A stretch of 1,162 nt of DNA from Naegleria gruberi. Lineage: Eukaryota. Below are positions 1-1,162 of this stretch, in pieces. A model generated the notes under the pieces. The model was not told the origin of the DNA, searched no databases, and saw only the letters and a program-made list of their open reading frames with translations. The position numbers and the translations under genes are program-made. Positions within the stretch are counted from its first letter, which is position 1, and every line of letters begins with the position of its first letter. The stretch is taken from the NCBI GenBank assembly GCA_000004985.1, contig GG739521.1. One strand, given 5' to 3'.

Positions 1-44
1 ACATGATATATAATAATATCAATTTTTTGAGGTACCCAACTCCC

Positions 45-76
45 GAACGGCTGCGATTCAGACGGTTCCGTAATTG
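45..76 (+). repeat. Direct repeat copy A: GAACGGCTGCGATTCAGACGGTTCCGTAATTG (core GCGATTCAGACGGTTCCG at 53-70)
   Basis: Aligns with 125-156 at about 22 of 32 identities. The 18-bp cores differ at only 2 positions. Copy spacing is 80 bp. Confidence 0.6.
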
Positions 77-112
77 CATAATCAATGAATGTATCGCGTA
101 GCTAACGTTTTC

Positions 113-123
113 AAAAAAAAAAA
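113..123 (+). repeat. Poly(A) homopolymer run, A11
   Basis: Read directly from the sequence. It lies immediately upstream of repeat copy B. Confidence 0.9.
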
Positions 124-124
124 T

Positions 125-156
125 GAAGGAGGGCGATTCAGGCGATTCCGATTAAG
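125..156 (+). repeat. Direct repeat copy B: GAAGGAGGGCGATTCAGGCGATTCCGATTAAG (core GCGATTCAGGCGATTCCG at 133-150)
   Basis: Same alignment as copy A. It also carries the internal sub-repeat GCGATTC twice and an AAGGAGG Shine-Dalgarno-like heptamer at 126-132. Confidence 0.6.
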
Positions 157-193
157 AGACCGGTGTCCATAGATTTAATTTGATTATAAATAT

Positions 194-220
194 AGTGACT
201 TTCGGAATTCACTTTTTTTA
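194..220 (+). terminator. Weak terminator-like element: AGTGA-(10 nt)-TCACT inverted repeat followed by T7
   Basis: A 5-bp AU-rich stem (194-198 and 209-213) lies immediately before TTTTTTT (214-220). The stem is short and GC-poor, so any termination would be weak. It could equally be an operator-like inverted repeat that contains the palindromic GAATTC. Confidence 0.15.
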
Positions 221-425
221 CATTCGATTTAGACGATTTAATGGTAGTATAATTGAGTATACAGGTCTATTATAAAGAATATATTGGGTAGAAACGGGTT
301 AATTTTTTTAATCGATTTTATGCATATATTACAAGAGGAATATAATGTTTTACAGTATTTGGTTATTTTAAAATCGGCTAGAAATGAAGTGAGGACAAAA
401 ATTTTAAAAAATTTCAGTCAAAAAT

Positions 426-578
426 ATGGTCATATTTATCAGTAAACTATATCTTGTGGATTTATATATTAATAGATTTTTCGTTTTTGACACCTCTATT
501 GTAAACACTATAAGATTATTTATTTATAGTTATTTCCATATCTACTTTCGAGTTCATCGACCCCCCCGAAATGTCTGA
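426..578 (+). CDS. Small ORF, 50 codons (MVIFISKLYLVDLYINRFFVFDTSIVNTIRLFIYSYFHIYFRVHRPPRNV); probably a chance ORF
   Basis: Hand translation from the ATG at 426 to the TGA at 576-578. No Shine-Dalgarno sequence upstream. The I/F/Y/L/N-rich composition is what AT-rich DNA encodes by default. It overlaps the promoter-like elements and crosses the compositional boundary. Confidence 0.07.
   Translation: MVIFISKLYLVDLYINRFFVFDTSIVNTIRLFIYSYFHIYFRVHRPPRNV
487..514 (+). promoter_or_regulatory. Sigma70-like promoter: -35 TTGACA (487-492), 16-bp spacer, -10 TATAAG (509-514); predicted TSS about 521, reading into the GC-rich domain
   Basis: The -35 hexamer is a perfect consensus match, the spacer is 16 bp, and the -10 matches 5 of 6 consensus positions. 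Caveat: AT-rich DNA yields promoter-like hexamers by chance. Confidence 0.3.
522..529 (+). promoter_or_regulatory. Alternative reading: archaeal/eukaryal-type TATA-like box ATTTATAG about 27 bp upstream of the GC-rich onset
   Basis: The TATA-like octamer is centred about 26-30 bp upstream of the C7 run and compositional switch at about 556-561, which matches archaeal TATA-to-TSS spacing. This applies only if the source organism is archaeal or eukaryotic, which I cannot determine. Confidence 0.12.
561..567 (+). repeat. Poly(C) run C7 marking the AT/GC compositional boundary
   Basis: TCATCGA-CCCCCCC-GAAATG. G+C content jumps from about 23% to over 55% within the adjacent blocks. Confidence 0.9.
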
Positions 579-588
579 ACTTCAGTTC

Positions 589-951
589 CTAACCTTGCGG
601 ACAGCAGGATCCTAAGGGATTACCCTCATCGAGGGTATCAACGCCCTTCGGAGCCCCCAATGGGTCAACCACCCGTTGGGGCCTGCTGTTCACACCGGGG
701 GTCGGTAACCCTCCCCGCCTGATGAAGGGCGGTGGGCACCCCCAGCCCTTGCGGCTGGGAGCCAAGGCAGCGCGTAACTGCGGGGCGCTGCTAACCAACC
801 AACCAAACCTGACCCGCCACCAGCCAACCAGCCCACCAGCCAGCCAACCACCAGCCACGCGCCCTCTGGCCCACCCAGGCCACGCGTGCGGTCGAGGCAC
901 CCTACAGCCAGCCGGCAGAACCCACGGCCATTCCCACGGACAACGGTCCAA
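589..951 (-). CDS. Probable spurious ORF (120 aa, the only ORF in the supplied track); not a credible protein
   Basis: The translation has about 13 Trp in 120 residues (about 11%, against about 1% typical) and is dominated by W/R/G/P/A. That is exactly what the reverse complement of the CCA/CAGCC low-complexity tract produces (TGG codes W, GGC/GGT codes G). It has no recognisable domain and overlaps the hairpin cluster. Confidence 0.05.
   Translation of the reverse strand: MDRCPWEWPWVLPAGCRVPRPHAWPGWARGRVAGGWLAGGLVGWWRVRFGWLVSSAPQLRAALAPSRKGWGCPPPFIRRGGLPTPGVNSRPQRVVDPLGAPKGVDTLDEGNPLGSCCPQG
621..637 (+). other. Hairpin TACCCTC-ATC-GAGGGTA, 7-bp perfect inverted repeat
   Basis: Reverse complement of TACCCTC is GAGGGTA; the loop is 3 nt. 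Confidence 0.6.
643..654 (+). other. Stem with UUCG tetraloop motif: GCCC-TTCG-GAGC
   Basis: C646:G651 closes the TTCG loop. G643:C654 and C644:G653 extend the stem with one mismatch. C(UUCG)G is a classic stable RNA tetraloop if the + strand is transcribed. Confidence 0.35.
697..713 (+). other. Hairpin GGGGGT-CGGTA-ACCCTC, 6-bp stem including one G:U pair
   Basis: Pairs are 697:713, 698:712 (G:T), 699:711, 700:710, 701:709 and 702:708. Confidence 0.4.
715..732 (+). other. Hairpin CCGCC-TGATGAAG-GGCGG, 5-bp stem and 8-nt loop containing TGATGA
   Basis: Reverse complement of CCGCC is GGCGG. The loop contains UGAUGA, which resembles a C-box or k-turn motif but is a weak signal on its own. Confidence 0.4.
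741..759 (+). other. Hairpin CCCAGCC-CTTGC-GGCTGGG, 7-bp perfect stem and 5-nt loop, of the CAGCC/GGCTG family
   Basis: Reverse complement of CCCAGCC is GGCTGGG. It has the same stem core as the terminal tandem hairpins GCAGCC-TTTT-GGGCTGC. Confidence 0.6.
767..791 (+). other. Hairpin GCAGCGC-GTAACTGCGGG-GCGCTGC, 7-bp perfect stem and 11-nt loop
   Basis: Reverse complement of GCAGCGC is GCGCTGC. Partly competes with an alternative CCTTG/CAAGG pairing at 747-767. Confidence 0.55.
791..860 (+). repeat. C/A-rich low-complexity tract of degenerate CCARCC/CAGCC microsatellite-like repeats; G/T-rich on the minus strand
   Basis: CTAACCAACCAACCAAACC...CCACCAGCCAACCAGCCCACCAGCCAGCCAACCACCAGCCACG. 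CAGCC occurs at 821, 837, 841 and 852. The minus strand reads ...GGTTTGGTTGGTTGG with many GG tracts. Confidence 0.8.
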
Positions 952-1015
952 CCCGCTGCCAGTCCTGACCCCAGGGCTGTCCAGGGAGCCTCCCGCGTGT
1001 GTGACCCGGGAGCCT
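854..1015 (+). repeat. Cluster of short closely spaced direct repeats: GCCACGCG twice (854-861, 879-886), CCCACGG twice (921-927, 933-939), CCAGGG twice (971-976, 981-986), GGGAGCCT twice (984-991, 1008-1015)
   Basis: Read directly. Copy spacings are 25, 12, 10 and 24 bp. This is consistent with low-complexity GC-rich spacer or repeat DNA, not coding sequence. Confidence 0.6.
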
Positions 1016-1059
1016 AGGAGGGCCCCCCAACCGTCCGGCCCAACCGCTGCCCCTGGGGC

Positions 1060-1067
1060 CGATTCAG
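1060..1067 (+). repeat. Third occurrence of the CGATTCAG octamer (CCGATTCAGATA), inside the GC-rich domain just upstream of the tandem hairpin array
   Basis: The exact 8-mer is shared with 55-62 and 135-142. Three copies of one 8-mer in 1.16 kb is unlikely by chance, with roughly 0.02 expected per additional copy. Confidence 0.45.
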
Positions 1068-1074
1068 ATACCTC

Positions 1075-1162
1075 AACCGCAGCCTTTTGGGCTGCCCACA
1101 GCCAAACCGCAGCCTTTTGGGCTGCCCAGATCCTACCAGCCTACCACCGCAGCCCTTTGGGC
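1075..1162 (+). repeat. Tandem array of hairpin-containing units AACCGCAGCC-TTTT-GGGCTGCCCA: copy 1 at 1075-1098, copy 2 at 1105-1128 (identical), variant copy 3 at 1145-1162 (CCCTTTGGGC) truncated by the window end
   Basis: The spacing between copies 1 and 2 is exactly 30 bp, with a 6-bp linker CAGCCA. The spacing between copies 2 and 3 is 40 bp. Each unit contains the inverted repeat GCAGCC/GGCTGC with a T-rich loop. The array continues beyond position 1162. Confidence 0.75.

Larger units (their letters stand above)
1..555. other. AT-rich non-coding domain (~29% G+C by manual count); no convincing ORF
   Basis: Manual base count per 60-bp block gave 160 G+C out of 555 bp. Stop codons are dense in all frames. 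Multiple TATAAT-like hexamers and long A/T runs are present. Confidence 0.8.
556..800 (+). ncRNA. Candidate structured GC-rich non-coding RNA (family unknown) downstream of the promoter-like elements
   Basis: At least six closely spaced stem-loops at 621-637, 643-654, 697-713, 715-732, 741-759 and 767-791. One is a C(UUCG)G tetraloop motif in + orientation. The region has no ORF and is a GC island next to AT-rich DNA. I found no recognisable rRNA, tRNA, RNase P, tmRNA or SRP signature. Confidence 0.2.
556..1162. other. GC-rich, C-skewed domain (~67% G+C); repeat- and hairpin-rich, probably non-coding
   Basis: Manual count gave about 404 G+C out of 607 bp. C strongly exceeds G on the + strand, especially 791-960. 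There are many short direct repeats and hairpins, and no ORF with plausible composition. Confidence 0.75.

Noticed and set aside
426-578. The 50-codon hydrophobic ORF as a small membrane protein
   Set aside because: It has no ribosome-binding site. Its composition is the default for AT-rich DNA. Its chance occurrence probability is non-negligible, and it overlaps the promoter-like elements. I kept it only as a very low-confidence feature.
715-812. Archaeal C/D-box sRNA (box C UGAUGA at 721-726 with downstream CUGA at 809-812)
   Set aside because: The distance of about 85 nt is too long. No C' or D' boxes or guide-length spacing were found, and UGAUGA is a common hexamer. I noted it only as a possible k-turn-like loop.
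589-951. The 120-aa minus-strand ORF from the supplied track as a real gene
   Set aside because: It is about 11% tryptophan and dominated by Arg, Gly and Pro. That composition is exactly what the reverse complement of the CCA/CAGCC low-complexity tract predicts. It overlaps dense hairpins and has no recognisable motif, so I treat it as an artefact.
609-1018. Restriction-site-like palindromes (GGTACC 31-36, GAATTC 205-210, GGATCC 609-614, ACGCGT 882-887, CCCGGG 1005-1010, CCTAGG 1013-1018) as a sign of a cloning vector or polylinker
   Set aside because: The sites are scattered and not clustered, and I found no vector backbone signatures. That many 6-bp palindromes are expected by chance in 1.16 kb.
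1081-1098. Rho-independent terminator at GCAGCC-TTTT-GGGCTGC
   Set aside because: The T-run lies inside the loop, not after the stem, and the stem is followed by CCCA on the + strand and by GGTT on the minus strand. It does not fit the intrinsic-terminator architecture.
1075-1162. CRISPR array interpretation of the terminal repeats
   Set aside because: The repeat units are only about 24 bp and the 'spacers' are 6 and 16 bp, far shorter than CRISPR spacers of about 30-40 bp. The array is better described as a tandem hairpin minisatellite.
1-1162. Known stable RNA genes (16S/23S rRNA ends, tRNA T-arm GGTTCGAATCC, RNase P, tmRNA, SRP conserved motifs)
   Set aside because: I could not find any of the diagnostic conserved strings on either strand by eye. 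The GC-rich element is therefore left as an unclassified candidate RNA or repeat, not assigned to a family.

Overview
Most of this 1,162-bp window appears to be non-coding and splits into two very different halves. Positions 1-555 are AT-rich, about 29% G+C by my manual count. Positions ~556-1162 are GC-rich, about 67% G+C, with C far in excess of G on the + strand. The switch happens within about 10 bp at a C7 homopolymer (561-567). The only ORF in the supplied track (589-951, minus strand, 120 aa) is about 11% tryptophan plus Arg/Gly/Pro. I judge it a frame artefact of the C/A-rich low-complexity tract on the opposite strand, not a gene.

The AT-rich half contains promoter-like elements pointing rightward into the GC-rich half: a bacterial sigma70-like TTGACA-16 bp-TATAAG (487-514), and alternatively an archaeal-type TATA-like element at 522-529. 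It also has a pair of imperfect ~32-bp direct repeats (45-76 and 125-156) sharing the core GCGATTCAG, which recurs a third time deep in the GC-rich half (1060-1067). The same half shows long A/T homopolymer runs spaced roughly every 80-100 bp and a DnaA-box-like TGTGGATTT (455-463).

The GC-rich half opens with a cluster of tight hairpins, including a C(UUCG)G tetraloop motif on the + strand. It then passes through a ~70-bp CCARCC/CAGCC low-complexity tract (791-860). It ends in a tandem array of hairpin units (GCAGCC-TTTT-GGGCTGC, 30- then 40-bp spacing) that runs off the window edge. A related CAGCC...GGCTG hairpin sits at 741-759.

My leading hypotheses are two. (i) A GC-rich structured non-coding RNA, or stable-RNA-like element, transcribed from the AT-rich promoter region. 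GC-rich islands in AT-rich genomes are typical of stable RNA genes in thermophiles. (ii) The junction of a foreign, repeat-rich GC element with AT-rich host or spacer DNA; a eukaryotic rDNA-spacer-like or chimeric origin cannot be excluded. I could not recognise any known RNA family (rRNA, tRNA, RNase P, tmRNA, SRP) by eye. All coordinates come from manual reading. No searches were possible, so organism, homology and fold stability are unverified.
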